From Patescibacteria group bacterium (GTDB lineage: Bacteria; Patescibacteriota; JABMPQ01): DNA of 64,000 nucleotides. A program made the position numbers and the translations under genes. The stretch is taken from assembly GCA_018818965.1 (NCBI GenBank), contig JAHJQX010000014.1, positions 6,178 to 70,177 on the forward strand. Direction: 5' to 3'. The notes under the pieces are model-generated. The model was not told the DNA's origin. It saw only the letters and a list, made by a program, of their open reading frames with translations, and did not search any database. Shown here piece after piece: positions 29,547 through 39,481 of this stretch (its first letter is position 1; each line of letters opens with the position of its first letter).

Positions 29547-30002
29547 CTAGGCTGCTCGCACTTCAATTTTTGTCGTTCGCGATTTCTTTGCCTTTGGTAG
29601 CTTAACTGTCAGAATTCCATTTTTCAGTTCGGCTTCGATCTTATCTGCTTCGATATCAACTGGCAAAATAACTGAACGGGAAAACGATCCCCAATAACAT
29701 TCTTGATAATAATAATTGTCTTTTTTTACTTCTTGCGTACTTTTTCTCTCTCCCTTGATCGTTACCATATCGTTGTCGACGGTGACACTAATATCCTCTG
29801 GTAAAACGCCAGCGATAGTTGATTTAATGACAATATTATCAGGAGTTTGATAGACATCAATTGCTAACTGCCCCTCGTATCCTGAAGACCAATCTTCTGA
29901 TTGTTGATCGTCAGCTTCTGTTGGTCTGCTTTCCGGGGCAGCCGTTTCAGTTTTTATTGGTTGCTCTTTTTTATCTGATTTTTTCAATAAATTTTTAAAC
30001 AT
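29547..30002 (-). CDS. Hsp20/alpha-crystallin small heat-shock protein
   Basis: 'IDVYQT', 'ECYWGSFSRSVILP', 'AELKNGILTVKLPK'. Confidence 0.94.
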   Translation of the reverse strand: MFKNLLKKSDKKEQPIKTETAAPESRPTEADDQQSEDWSSGYEGQLAIDVYQTPDNIVIKSTIAGVLPEDISVTVDNDMVTIKGERKSTQEVKKDNYYYQECYWGSFSRSVILPVDIEADKIEAELKNGILTVKLPKAKKSRTTKIEVRAA

Positions 30003-30137
30003 GTTTATTTTAGGTTATTCCTTAGGCGCCTTCATCTATTATATAACAATTTTAATATATGACAACCCCCGGCTGTAATTGCGTTTAATCTTCGGGGAGC
30101 TCTTATTTATGCGCTTTGTAGGGCCCACGTCTAATTT

Positions 30138-30839
30138 TTAGTTCTTAATCTTCTTCAACTCCTTAATGCTTCGAGCTAACATAAAATACATCACAATAAT
30201 TATCATGGCGATCAGAGAGATGGTGAGAGCAGTTCTGGTGCTAGCAATAATGTTATAGACCCCATGTAAAATGATAGCGATGGCTAAACCTTGGATCATG
30301 AAATTTCTTTTTTGTCGCGCTGAAAAGTTTTTTTGCTTGGGACCGAATTTTAATAACCCGAGATAATAACCGGCGATACCAGAGGTAATGGCATGCATCA
30401 AAGTAGCAGTCGCAAAGCGGAGAACAATGGCATCAGGCCCTTCCGAGAAGATAACCAAGATATTTTCTAAGGAAGCAAATCCCAAGGCAGCCACCACGGC
30501 GTAAATCACTCCGTCCAGAGGCTCGTCGAAAGCTGGGTTTTCGTAAATTTTTTCCTTAACAACAAAAAACTTGAGAATTTCTTCGATTGGAGCTACAACC
30601 AAAAGAGCACTAACGGCAATGACAAAGAAATTAGTAGATTGAGAATAAGGAAAAAAATAGTCGACGGCTAACTCCAGACCAATTGCTGGCAGAGTAATAA
30701 TCATTCCCCAGAGAAAGACTTTTACGATTAGTTTGAGGGGCTCAGGATGTTTCCGGTCTTTACGCCTATAAAAATAGAGCCAAAAAAGCCCTGGGACAAG
30801 GGCGATTAAGATATAGCCGAGGATAATGAATAGAGACAT
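30138..30839 (-). CDS. prsW: PrsW-family intramembrane metalloprotease
   Basis: 'PIEEILK', 'DEPLDGVIY', 'GFASLEN', 'MHA', 'LHGVYN'. Confidence 0.9.
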   Translation of the reverse strand: MSLFIILGYILIALVPGLFWLYFYRRKDRKHPEPLKLIVKVFLWGMIITLPAIGLELAVDYFFPYSQSTNFFVIAVSALLVVAPIEEILKFFVVKEKIYENPAFDEPLDGVIYAVVAALGFASLENILVIFSEGPDAIVLRFATATLMHAITSGIAGYYLGLLKFGPKQKNFSARQKRNFMIQGLAIAIILHGVYNIIASTRTALTISLIAMIIIVMYFMLARSIKELKKIKN

Positions 30840-30849
30840 ACTAACTGGA

Positions 30850-31212
30850 TTATTTAGAATCTAAGATCGCTTTGGTCAACGAATGATAATAAACTAACTC
30901 AATTTTATTCTTCTGGCAATAATCAATCGCTGCTTGCGATTCGCTGCCGGGCTCCAGCCAGATTTTTTGGACGCCACTGGTCTTGATCTTTTCCCAGGCT
31001 GCTTCTGGTGAGGCGATAATACACAGAACATTAATTGAGCTGGGTATTTCTTGGCTTACTTTTTTGACTTGGTAACCTTTTTCTTGCAAGGTTTTGACAA
31101 TGTTTTCGCTGACGCTATCGGTTTCTTCCTCGTACACTCCAAAAACATTTTCTGGAGATAGAAATTTAGGAATCAAACTATTAAATTCAGGGACAAGAGT
31201 GTAGCGGTCCAC
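30850..31212 (-). CDS. CoA-binding (YccU-like) domain protein
   Basis: 'LQEKGYQV', 'KIWLEPGSES..AIDYC' resemble the CoA_binding_2 family. Confidence 0.6.
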   Translation of the reverse strand: MDRYTLVPEFNSLIPKFLSPENVFGVYEEETDSVSENIVKTLQEKGYQVKKVSQEIPSSINVLCIIASPEAAWEKIKTSGVQKIWLEPGSESQAAIDYCQKNKIELVYYHSLTKAILDSK

Positions 31213-31213
31213 T

Positions 31214-31540
31214 TTATTTTAATAACTTATCTTCGATAGCTTTTTTAATAGTTTCTTTGGACACTGAACCAGCGAGCTGCTCCACTTTTTTACCGTCTCT
31301 GAAAAAAATGAGATTAGGAATACTCATAACTTCATGTACAGTTGCTAGTTCTTTGGCTTCATCAATATTAACCTTGCGGATTTTTACCTTGCCTTTGTAT
31401 TCTTCGGCTAATTCTTCAATCACCGGCGCAATTTGTTGGCAAGGCATACACCACTCGGCCCAGAAATCGATCAGGACGGGCAAATCAGATATGAGGACTT
31501 CTTCGGTAAAGTCTTTTTCGTCGAGGTTTAAATCGGACAT
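31214..31540 (-). CDS. trxA: Thioredoxin
   Basis: 'DFWAEWCMPC', 'VMSIP'. Confidence 0.95.
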   Translation of the reverse strand: MSDLNLDEKDFTEEVLISDLPVLIDFWAEWCMPCQQIAPVIEELAEEYKGKVKIRKVNIDEAKELATVHEVMSIPNLIFFRDGKKVEQLAGSVSKETIKKAIEDKLLK

Positions 31541-31632
31541 TTAGGTTAGAAATTAAATGTTTAGTGTTGCTAGTATAACATGGAAAAAGAGTAAATTGAA
31601 TATTTGATCCAACCAATAACGATCTTGGTAAT

Positions 31633-31663
31633 AAAAAAATCCTCGGAGGAAAATCCTGAGGAT
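31633..31663 (-). terminator. Intrinsic terminator of antiporter cassette
   Basis: Minus strand ATCCTCAGG-ATTTTCCT-CCGAGGAT followed by T-tract. Confidence 0.7.
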
Positions 31664-31681
31664 CAAAGGTACGAAGGTGAG

Positions 31682-33130
31682 CTACAGTATGACGAAGCGC
31701 ACCGTCAGCCAGGCGAGGTAGGCGATGCAGGTCCAGTAGAGCCGCCACGAAGTGCGAATCCAGGGACCAGGCCCCACTCCCAGCGCACGGCTGATGTAGA
31801 AGTTGGGCAGATTTGCTGGCACCGTCAGGAGCCCACCAAATAGTGCGCCTTGGACCACAGCTGTTGCTAGCAGAGTTGCTGGACCAAGACCCAGCGATTT
31901 GATCAGGCTCATCGGGATTATGATGTAGACCCGGGAAGCCAGGGCGTTGTCGGCGAAGTGGCTGGTTACGGCGCTGAGGAAGAACATCATTAGCGCCAGA
32001 ACGTAGAGCGCGATCGCCTTTGGCATCATCACGGAGAGGACTAGAACTTTCTGCCCGATCCAGATGATCAGCGGTTCAGCTACCACTCCGATCAGCTCGA
32101 GCGCAGCCAGGAGGACGGCCAGGATCAGCGGTTGCCACCTGGCAGTGAAGGCTTCCTCTAGGGCGTGTTGATCGTCCTGGTCAACGTCGGCGTACTTGGC
32201 ATGGGCTAGCAGGTAGCTGTAGACGGCGGCGGCCGAGTCAGCTGCCCACAGAAGCCCTATCCAAACCTGACTTGGCTTGAAGATCGCGGCCAAGATGTGA
32301 GCGATGACGATGCTCACCAGGATGGCGAGCGGCTTGATGCTCTCGCGGCTCAGGCGAGGCTGGTTGTTGCTGAACTCCACATTCTTGCCGACATGCTGAT
32401 AGAAGCGGAAGGTGGTGAGCGTCACGTGCAGCACGCACCCGACTCCCACCCAGGCGATCAGGTCAGTGATCCCCCAGCCGAAGCTTGCTTCCAACTTGCT
32501 CCAGACGATCAGGATGGGGGGAGCGGCGAAAAAAGTGAGCCCACCACCGGAGCCGATGGTAGCGGCCAAACCAACGGCCACGCGTTTCTTGTCTTCCTCG
32601 CTGTCGATCCTCGTTTTAACGTAGTCGCAAAGGAAGACCGCTGCTGCTGGTTCACCGGTGAGTGAGGAGAGGAGGGAACCGCCAGCGATCACCAGGCGCA
32701 TATCCCCGATCCGCTCCAGGAAACCCATGATGGGGATCATGTGTCGAACAGCGATGTTGGCCGCTGACATGATGCCCAATAGAGTGAAGCACTCTCCCCA
32801 GGGGATGTGGAGGCTCTGCCCCCACCAGAGGATGGTGCCCCCAGCGGCGATCCCAACAGCGATTCCGGCCAGTTCTCCTTCGTTGGTGATGCGGTGGAAG
32901 AAGCCGAAGATGGGAAACTTGTACCACCATCGTGGCCCCCCACCGGCCAGAAACATATCAGTCCGGGCCAGACCGTTCATGGCCAGAATGGCGGCCAGGA
33001 GAATTGCTCCTCCCGCTACCAACTGACTGCCGTTTGAGGCCACTGTGGTCAAGAACCCCCCAAAAGCCATGGTGGCCAACCATGACTGCACGAATGCAGC
33101 CCGATACAAATTCTTTCTGCTCATCTTCAC
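31682..33130 (-). CDS. GC-rich putative Na+/H+ antiporter (DUF1504/Na_H_antiport_3-like, ion-transporter superfamily)
   Basis: 'SLTGEPAAA', 'GGGLTFFAAPPILIV', 'FADNALA', 'GALFGGLLTVPANLPN'; SD AGGAG plus GTG start; promoter TTGACT-17-TAGGCT upstream. Confidence 0.75.
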   Translation of the reverse strand: MKMSRKNLYRAAFVQSWLATMAFGGFLTTVASNGSQLVAGGAILLAAILAMNGLARTDMFLAGGGPRWWYKFPIFGFFHRITNEGELAGIAVGIAAGGTILWWGQSLHIPWGECFTLLGIMSAANIAVRHMIPIMGFLERIGDMRLVIAGGSLLSSLTGEPAAAVFLCDYVKTRIDSEEDKKRVAVGLAATIGSGGGLTFFAAPPILIVWSKLEASFGWGITDLIAWVGVGCVLHVTLTTFRFYQHVGKNVEFSNNQPRLSRESIKPLAILVSIVIAHILAAIFKPSQVWIGLLWAADSAAAVYSYLLAHAKYADVDQDDQHALEEAFTARWQPLILAVLLAALELIGVVAEPLIIWIGQKVLVLSVMMPKAIALYVLALMMFFLSAVTSHFADNALASRVYIIIPMSLIKSLGLGPATLLATAVVQGALFGGLLTVPANLPNFYISRALGVGPGPWIRTSWRLYWTCIAYLAWLTVRFVIL

Positions 33131-33294
33131 ATTCTCCTGGAATGATGCCCTGAGTATGTGGGCGTATGGGTGGCGGAAACACCTTCTATATTGTTCCGCC
33201 CGAATTTAAAAAGATCAGGCCATTACAGTAAATTTGATCAGCCTAACCTATTTTGGGATAATAGTCAATGAATTATTTCGAGATTTTTAAGGTC

Positions 33295-33732
33295 TCAAGG
33301 AGTTGAAAAAGTAATTTTTCGCACATCTTTCCCCATCCACCTGAATCTTATCTGTAAATTATTTTCCGACGGGATAATTCTTTTAGCTTTGTTGGCCCAC
33401 TCGATCACAGTCACATTTTGGGGGTCAGCCACAATTTCGGTAAAGCCCAGATCAGCTAATTCCTGTGGGTCACTTAGTCGGTAAAGGTCTAAATGGTATA
33501 AATTTTTGATAGTATCATGCCTTGTCGAATATTTCTTCATAATAGTGAAAGTAGGGCTGGTGATGACCTCTTTGACACCGAGCCCCGCGGCCAAGCCTTG
33601 GGTAAAGGTAGTTTTGCCGCCACCCAGATCCCCCAAGAGGCTGATCACTTCACCACCACGCAACTCAGTCGCTAGCAGCTTGCCAACTTCTTGTGTTTTC
33701 TCTGCACTTTTAGTTATTATCTTCTCCTTCAT
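33295..33732 (-). CDS. tsaE: tRNA threonylcarbamoyladenosine biosynthesis ATPase
   Basis: 'GDLGGGKTTF', 'SPTF', 'HLDLYRL', 'VIEW'. Confidence 0.96.
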   Translation of the reverse strand: MKEKIITKSAEKTQEVGKLLATELRGGEVISLLGDLGGGKTTFTQGLAAGLGVKEVITSPTFTIMKKYSTRHDTIKNLYHLDLYRLSDPQELADLGFTEIVADPQNVTVIEWANKAKRIIPSENNLQIRFRWMGKDVRKITFSTP

Positions 33733-33735
33733 GAC

Positions 33736-34536
33736 TTAATATATCCACTGCACGGCAAAGATAATCACTCCCAGGCAAATCAGGTAGGCGGCGAATATAT
33801 ACAACTTATGCTGAGAGAGAAATTTCATTAAATATTTAATACTCAGATAGCCAACTATGGCAGCGATAATGGAACCAATCACTATTTCTGGCCAGAAACC
33901 ACTCAAATAACCTTCATCTTGCATGGCTGCAAAAGATCCGAAAATACTAGCGCCTAAAATAGCGATAGAAGCCATTAGAAAGGAAAAACGGGTGGCTTCA
34001 GTGCGCTTAAGAGAGCGAAACATTCCAGCGGCGATAGTGATACCAGAACGGGAGACACCAGGCAGTAGTGCTAAGGCCTGGACTAGTCCTATCAGCAGAG
34101 CATCTTTCCAACTGACTTTATCCAGATCTTTTTTGATTATCTTGTGACTGGCGAATTTCTCGGCACTGATAAAAATAAGCCCAACGATGATTAAGAATGT
34201 TGATACCCAGAGAGCGTGGCGAAAAATTGAGTTGATATAGTCATTGAACAAAAAACCCAGAATAAAAGCTGGTAAGGTAGCCACTACCAAGTTAATAGCT
34301 GTTCGCTTGTCTCCTGATCTACCGAAGAGATCCTTGATAATTTTTAGCCAGTCTCGGCGAAAGTATATCAAGACGGCTGCTAAAGTACCCAAATGCAGAA
34401 AGATATCAAAAACTACCCCGGGATCTTCCCAACCAAAAACTTCTCGAGCCAATACGAGATGGCCAGAGCTGGAGATGGGGATAAATTCAGTTGCTCCTTG
34501 GACAAGGCCAAGGACGACGGCTTGAAGGATGTTCAT
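33736..34536 (-). CDS. uppP: Undecaprenyl-diphosphatase
   Basis: 'QGATEFIPISSSGH', 'PGVSRSG'. Confidence 0.96.
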   Translation of the reverse strand: MNILQAVVLGLVQGATEFIPISSSGHLVLAREVFGWEDPGVVFDIFLHLGTLAAVLIYFRRDWLKIIKDLFGRSGDKRTAINLVVATLPAFILGFLFNDYINSIFRHALWVSTFLIIVGLIFISAEKFASHKIIKKDLDKVSWKDALLIGLVQALALLPGVSRSGITIAAGMFRSLKRTEATRFSFLMASIAILGASIFGSFAAMQDEGYLSGFWPEIVIGSIIAAIVGYLSIKYLMKFLSQHKLYIFAAYLICLGVIIFAVQWIY

Positions 34537-34638
34537 TGTTTCTAGGATTGTGATCTTTATAGCAGTGTAACAAAGATTATTAGTAATTTCCAGGTGAGGT
34601 TGGTTTAATTAATTTTCAGAACTTGCTACAATAAACCT

Positions 34639-35967
34639 ATGATAATAAAAAATTACGACCAACTAGCCGCCACCCCCCAGCGCGAGCAGGCTCTGCAAAT
34701 AATTTCGGCTGGCATCGAGCGGGTTTTACCGCAAAATATTATTAAGCAAGCCATTGCCTACGATCCTGATCAAAAGTCACTTGCCGTTAATGGTGACCAG
34801 TACGAGTTTTCTGCGGGACGTCTTTTTGTAATTGGCGGCGGTAAAGCAGCTGGCCTAATGGCACAAGCGCTAGAGTCAATAATATCACCTGATGATATTA
34901 CAGCTGGCGCGGTAACCTGTCACAATGGTGGAGCCGAGACGAAAAAGATAGAAATCGTCAAAGCTCGACACCCTTTGCCTGACGAAGAGGGTGTAAAAGG
35001 AATGCAGCAGATGTTAGCTCTTAAAGATAAATATAAAATTACTGAAAAAGATTTAGTCCTCTGCCTTATTTCTGGCGGTGGGTCAGCTCTCATGCCCTAT
35101 CCAGTTGAGGGGGTAAGCTTAGAGGAAAAGCAAGTAATCACTAAAGATTTACTACGTTCAGGAGCGTCGATTGATGAAGTTAATATTGTTAGAAAACATC
35201 TGTCGCGGGTTAAAGGAGGACAATTGGGACAATATTTCTCTCCAACACAAGTTGTCTCACTTATCTTATCAGACGTGATAGGCAGTGATCTCAGCACTAT
35301 TGCCTCCGGTCCAACTACTCCTGACCCCACTACTTTTGCTGATGCTATTCAGGTGCTAGAGAAATATAATTTACTCGAACGAGCGCCGGTCAGCGTAGTA
35401 GAACACTTAAAAAAAGGTGAGCCGGAAACTCCAACTGAGCTGCCCAATTGCCATAATTATATTATCGGTGACAACAAACTAGCCTTGGAGGCAATGAAGT
35501 TTAAAGCTGAGGAACTAGGACTAAAGCCGATCATTGTCACTACTGAAGAAAAAGGTGAGCCGGACAAAATAATTACCACGCGTATTAAAGAAATCGAGTC
35601 TGGCAAATACAAAGATGCAAATATCTTACTAATGGGTGGAGAGCCGACTCCCACTTTACCCGACAATCCTGGCGAAGGCGGACGGAATCAATATTATGCC
35701 GCCGCCGCGCTACTAGCTTTACAAAAAAACAACCAAGATTGGCTGGTAGCCAGTGTGGCCACTGATGGCTCAGATTTTATGCCGGAAATAGCTGGTGGCG
35801 TAGTTGATAGTAATTCATTAGTTGGTCAGAAAATTACGGTTCAAGATATTCAAAGTTATTTAGTCAAGTTTGATAGCTACAATTTACTCAAGCGACTCAA
35901 CAATTCCCTAGTGGTTACTGGCAAAACAGGCACCAACGTTGGTGATATTATGATCTGGATGTTTTGA
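34639..35967 (+). CDS. Glycerate 2-kinase (GckA/TtuD, DUF4147 plus MOFRL)
   Basis: 'GGGKAA', 'HPLPD', 'ISGGGSAL', 'VRKHLS.VKGG', 'GGRNQ', 'TGTNVGD'. Confidence 0.92.
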   Translation: MIIKNYDQLAATPQREQALQIISAGIERVLPQNIIKQAIAYDPDQKSLAVNGDQYEFSAGRLFVIGGGKAAGLMAQALESIISPDDITAGAVTCHNGGAETKKIEIVKARHPLPDEEGVKGMQQMLALKDKYKITEKDLVLCLISGGGSALMPYPVEGVSLEEKQVITKDLLRSGASIDEVNIVRKHLSRVKGGQLGQYFSPTQVVSLILSDVIGSDLSTIASGPTTPDPTTFADAIQVLEKYNLLERAPVSVVEHLKKGEPETPTELPNCHNYIIGDNKLALEAMKFKAEELGLKPIIVTTEEKGEPDKIITTRIKEIESGKYKDANILLMGGEPTPTLPDNPGEGGRNQYYAAAALLALQKNNQDWLVASVATDGSDFMPEIAGGVVDSNSLVGQKITVQDIQSYLVKFDSYNLLKRLNNSLVVTGKTGTNVGDIMIWMF

Positions 35968-36060
35968 GGTCTTTGTCTCATGTTGGCACACAATAAGAAG
36001 TGTTGACGACTCAAAGATACTTGTTTAAGATGGATCGAACTGTACAAAATATAATTCGTC

Positions 36061-37257
36061 ATGGAATTGTCGTCGCAGCAGCAAATTTTAGAAGTCGTTG
36101 AGAAAAGCAAAAAAGTATTGCTACTCACTAGACAGCATCCTACGGAGGATGCTGTTTGCAGCCTAGTTGCCCTTGGTTTGTATTTGGAAAAATCTGGCAA
36201 AGAGGTTGATATGGTTACCCAAGGCCCTATCCCACCGGTTCTCGGTTTTATTCCCGAGACGAAGAGGGTTAAAAACGATGTTCAGCAGAACAAAAGTTTT
36301 GTCGTTTCATTGGATACTTCCAATACCAAAGTGGCTCAATTCAGTTACGATTTTGACAAAGACGGCAAGAAGCTAAATATTTTCATTACTCCTGAAGGTG
36401 GTAGTTTTACCCCTGATCATTTATCCACCAAAGTGTTGGGCTTTGGCTATGATTCTGTTTTCATTATTCATAGTGTTGATTTTGAATCACTTGGACCAGC
36501 TTATACCAATAACGCTGACTTATTTTACGAAACTCCTGTGATTAATATCGATCGCAGTAGCTCTAATGAGCAATTTGGCGAAGTAAATTTAGTTGATACT
36601 ACGGCCTCCTCAATTGCCGAAATACTATACGAACTATTTACTACTTTGGGTGAAAAGGTAATCGATGAACGGATTGCTACTTGTTTGTTGACAGGCATTA
36701 TTGCTTCCACGCGCAGTTTCCAGAATAATAGCGCCACTCCCAAGTCTTTTAACATCGCGGCTAAATTGATTGCCACCGGGGCTGATCAACAGCAAGTGAT
36801 TAATAGTTTGTACAAGAATCGTTCACTCTCAATGTTAAAATTGTGGGGGCGAGCTTTGGCAAGGGTCAAGCATGATCCAGATAAAAAGTTGGCCTGGAGC
36901 ATGCTGGGACAAAAGGATTTTGTTAGTTCTGGAGCGCAGGTAAAGGACTTGGAAGGGATTACCGATGAGATTATGACATCAGTGCCTAATACTAATATTG
37001 TAGTTGTTTTGTATGAAGCAATTCAAGGAACAGCTCGCGCGCCTGAGCAGGCGATGACAGAAAGTGAAGAGTTGGACGTAAATACCGGCGGTGTGGAAAT
37101 ATTGATCAAATCTAATGAGGAGAACTATATTAACCAACTGGCTGAGATTTTTGATACCGCTAGCCGCAATGGCGTGATGAGGATCAAAATTAATGGTATT
37201 AGTCTAGCGGAGGCGGAAAAAGATGTCCTGGAAAAAGTGAGGGGGATTATAAAGTGA
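36061..37257 (+). CDS. DHH/NrnA-like phosphoesterase, catalytic motifs degenerate
   Basis: 'HPTEDAVCS', 'INIDRS' (cf. IDHH), 'NEQFGEVNLVD', 'ATCLLTGII'. Confidence 0.75.
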   Translation: MELSSQQQILEVVEKSKKVLLLTRQHPTEDAVCSLVALGLYLEKSGKEVDMVTQGPIPPVLGFIPETKRVKNDVQQNKSFVVSLDTSNTKVAQFSYDFDKDGKKLNIFITPEGGSFTPDHLSTKVLGFGYDSVFIIHSVDFESLGPAYTNNADLFYETPVINIDRSSSNEQFGEVNLVDTTASSIAEILYELFTTLGEKVIDERIATCLLTGIIASTRSFQNNSATPKSFNIAAKLIATGADQQQVINSLYKNRSLSMLKLWGRALARVKHDPDKKLAWSMLGQKDFVSSGAQVKDLEGITDEIMTSVPNTNIVVVLYEAIQGTARAPEQAMTESEELDVNTGGVEILIKSNEENYINQLAEIFDTASRNGVMRIKINGISLAEAEKDVLEKVRGIIK

Positions 37258-37309
37258 TCGAATGTTAGATTGTTTGTTCATTGTTCAACCGTAAACCACT
37301 GGAGGGAAA

Positions 37310-37471
37310 ATGGCCAAAGGGAACAGAACGAAGAAGAAGAAACAGAGCAGCCGGGTGACGTGCGGCAAGTGTAATCCCAATCGAGCGGGAAGGAAGTACA
37401 CCGTTACTCCTCCCCAGGAGTGTCCAAACTGTCAGCATCTGACAGGCACCTTCTACCGGAGAAAGGATTAG
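37310..37471 (+). CDS. 53-aa basic Zn-ribbon mini-protein (not in ORF track)
   Basis: SD GGAGG, then MAKGNRTKKKKQSSRVTCGKCNPNRAGRKYTVTPPQECPNCQHLTGTFYRRKD-TAG. Confidence 0.7.
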   Translation: MAKGNRTKKKKQSSRVTCGKCNPNRAGRKYTVTPPQECPNCQHLTGTFYRRKD

Positions 37472-37481
37472 AGAGGATAGA

Positions 37482-37880
37482 ATGGGAGACACGAGACGAC
37501 GTTTGCGACTAGTATTGAAGCATCTGGGAGCTGTAATCTTGTCGGTGGCTGCCTTGTTGATCCTGTTATGTCTGACGGTTGACTCCATGGAGCCCTGGAT
37601 TCCGCTGTCGGCTGCAATCGCAGGGATCGTCTTTTTCTTGGTACGGTCGCGGATCCCACCATACATTCCGGGGGAGAGGGTGGTAGTTTGCGTCGACAAG
37701 CTCGGCCGGTATTCGGTAGAGGATGCCTGGTTAGCGATGACCGGTTCGATCAAGGGCCGCCTGATTATCGTCACCAACGTATACGGCGTTGATTTTGCTG
37801 TACCGGTTGAATTCGTGATCCTCGCTGATCAAGTGGCGGGAGACCTAGTACCTTCTTCGGCCGATGATGGCTCTGGGTAG
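37482..37880 (+). CDS. GC-elevated hypothetical 2-TM membrane protein
   Basis: GAGG SD, two TM helices, terminator at 37884-37912. Confidence 0.7.
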   Translation: MGDTRRRLRLVLKHLGAVILSVAALLILLCLTVDSMEPWIPLSAAIAGIVFFLVRSRIPPYIPGERVVVCVDKLGRYSVEDAWLAMTGSIKGRLIIVTNVYGVDFAVPVEFVILADQVAGDLVPSSADDGSG

Positions 37881-38046
37881 CCAGAACATCTGCTAATAGT
37901 GGATGTTTTTTTAATATAGAGACCGCAATATTTAATTATCAATATAAAATTAGTTTAGCAGCAACCTGAGTAATATTTCTCGATTGACAACAAAATCTTC
38001 CGGTATTACTCTTAAAGCCAATGTACGTAATTAATTAACAAAACAG

Positions 38047-39357
38047 ATGGCACAAAATCCACATCAAAATGCTCTCAAGCAGCTAGAGGATGTTGCTAAA
38101 AAAATAAAGCTAGATAAAGAAATCTTTGAAATTCTATCGAAACCTCAGCGTATTATCATGATGCAGATTCCGGTGAAGATGGATTCTGGTAAAATGCAAA
38201 TGTTCGAAGCCTATCGAGTAGAGCATAACAATGCGCGCGGTCCTTATAAAGGTGGCATTCGTTATTTCCCCCAAGTAGATCTCAATGAGGTCAAGGCGCT
38301 TGCTCACTGGATGTCTCTGAAATGTGCTGTTACTGGTATTCCGATGGGAGGTGGTAAGGGTGGTATTATCGTTGATCCTCATCAATTGTCAGCTGGTGAG
38401 TTGGAAAGATTATCCCGTGGTTATGCTCGGGCGGCGGCTGATTTCCTCGGACCGAAAAAAGATGTTCCGGCCCCTGACGTTTACACCAATGCTCAGATCA
38501 TGGACTGGATGGTGAGCGAGTTCAAGAAAACCAAGGAAAAAGAGCTGGGACGAAAATTAAAAGCTAGCGAATATTTACCAACTCTCACAGGTAAATCGTT
38601 GCGTGGTGGTGGTTCTAAGGGCCGCGATATTGCTACCGCTCAGGGTAGTGTTTTTGTGCTGGAAGAGGCACTCAAGACTTTGAAAATAAAAAAGAGCACA
38701 GTGGCTATTCAAGGATTTGGCAACGCCGGTTATGTAGCGGCTAAGATACTACACGATAAAGGATTTAAAATTGTTGCCGTTAGTGATTCCCGCAAAGCTT
38801 TTTACTGTGAGGACGGATTAGATCCTGACAAGGTAATGAAATACAAAGAGAAGTGTGGTACGGTCGGTCTCTGTGATTGTAAAGCGGGTGGTAGCAAGAC
38901 TTGTAAATGTAGTGGTGGTTGTAATTGCCAGGGGTGTAAGTATATTCCGCAGAGTCAGATTCTCACCCTTGATGTTGATATTCTAATTCCGGCCGCTCTG
39001 GAAAACCAAATCACTGGAGCCAATGCTGGAAAAGTAAAAGCTGACATTATCCTTGAACTGGCCAATGGAGCCACTACGCCGGAAGCTGATGCAATTCTGC
39101 GACGAAAGAAGATTATAGCTATTCCTGATATCTTGGCCAACGCTGGTGGGGTGACAGTTAGTTACTTCGAGTGGTATCAGAACATGAAAAATGAAAAATG
39201 GTCAGAGGATAAAGTAGCCCGTAAATTATCTCCATTGATGAAACGGTCTTTCCGGGAAGTTTATAAGTTAGCCCGACAGTATAAAACCGATCTGCGTACT
39301 GGCGCTGGCATATTGGCAGTAAAACGGTTGGAAGAGGCGATTAAGAAAAGTAGATAA
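38047..39357 (+). CDS. gdhA: Glu/Leu/Phe/Val dehydrogenase (glutamate dehydrogenase)
   Basis: 'GPYKGGIRY', 'GGGKGG', 'DVPAPD', 'IQGFGNAG', 'PDILANAGGVTVSYFEW'. Confidence 0.94.
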   Translation: MAQNPHQNALKQLEDVAKKIKLDKEIFEILSKPQRIIMMQIPVKMDSGKMQMFEAYRVEHNNARGPYKGGIRYFPQVDLNEVKALAHWMSLKCAVTGIPMGGGKGGIIVDPHQLSAGELERLSRGYARAAADFLGPKKDVPAPDVYTNAQIMDWMVSEFKKTKEKELGRKLKASEYLPTLTGKSLRGGGSKGRDIATAQGSVFVLEEALKTLKIKKSTVAIQGFGNAGYVAAKILHDKGFKIVAVSDSRKAFYCEDGLDPDKVMKYKEKCGTVGLCDCKAGGSKTCKCSGGCNCQGCKYIPQSQILTLDVDILIPAALENQITGANAGKVKADIILELANGATTPEADAILRRKKIIAIPDILANAGGVTVSYFEWYQNMKNEKWSEDKVARKLSPLMKRSFREVYKLARQYKTDLRTGAGILAVKRLEEAIKKSR

Positions 39358-39481
39358 GATATTGGTCTTAAGGTTACGGATATAAAAACCTGTGCTCAGC
39401 GCGCAGGTTTTTTATTCAGTAAATTATGGTATACTAGCAAGCAAGTTAGAAACCTTACTGGAGTTTGTTTTAATTATTATT

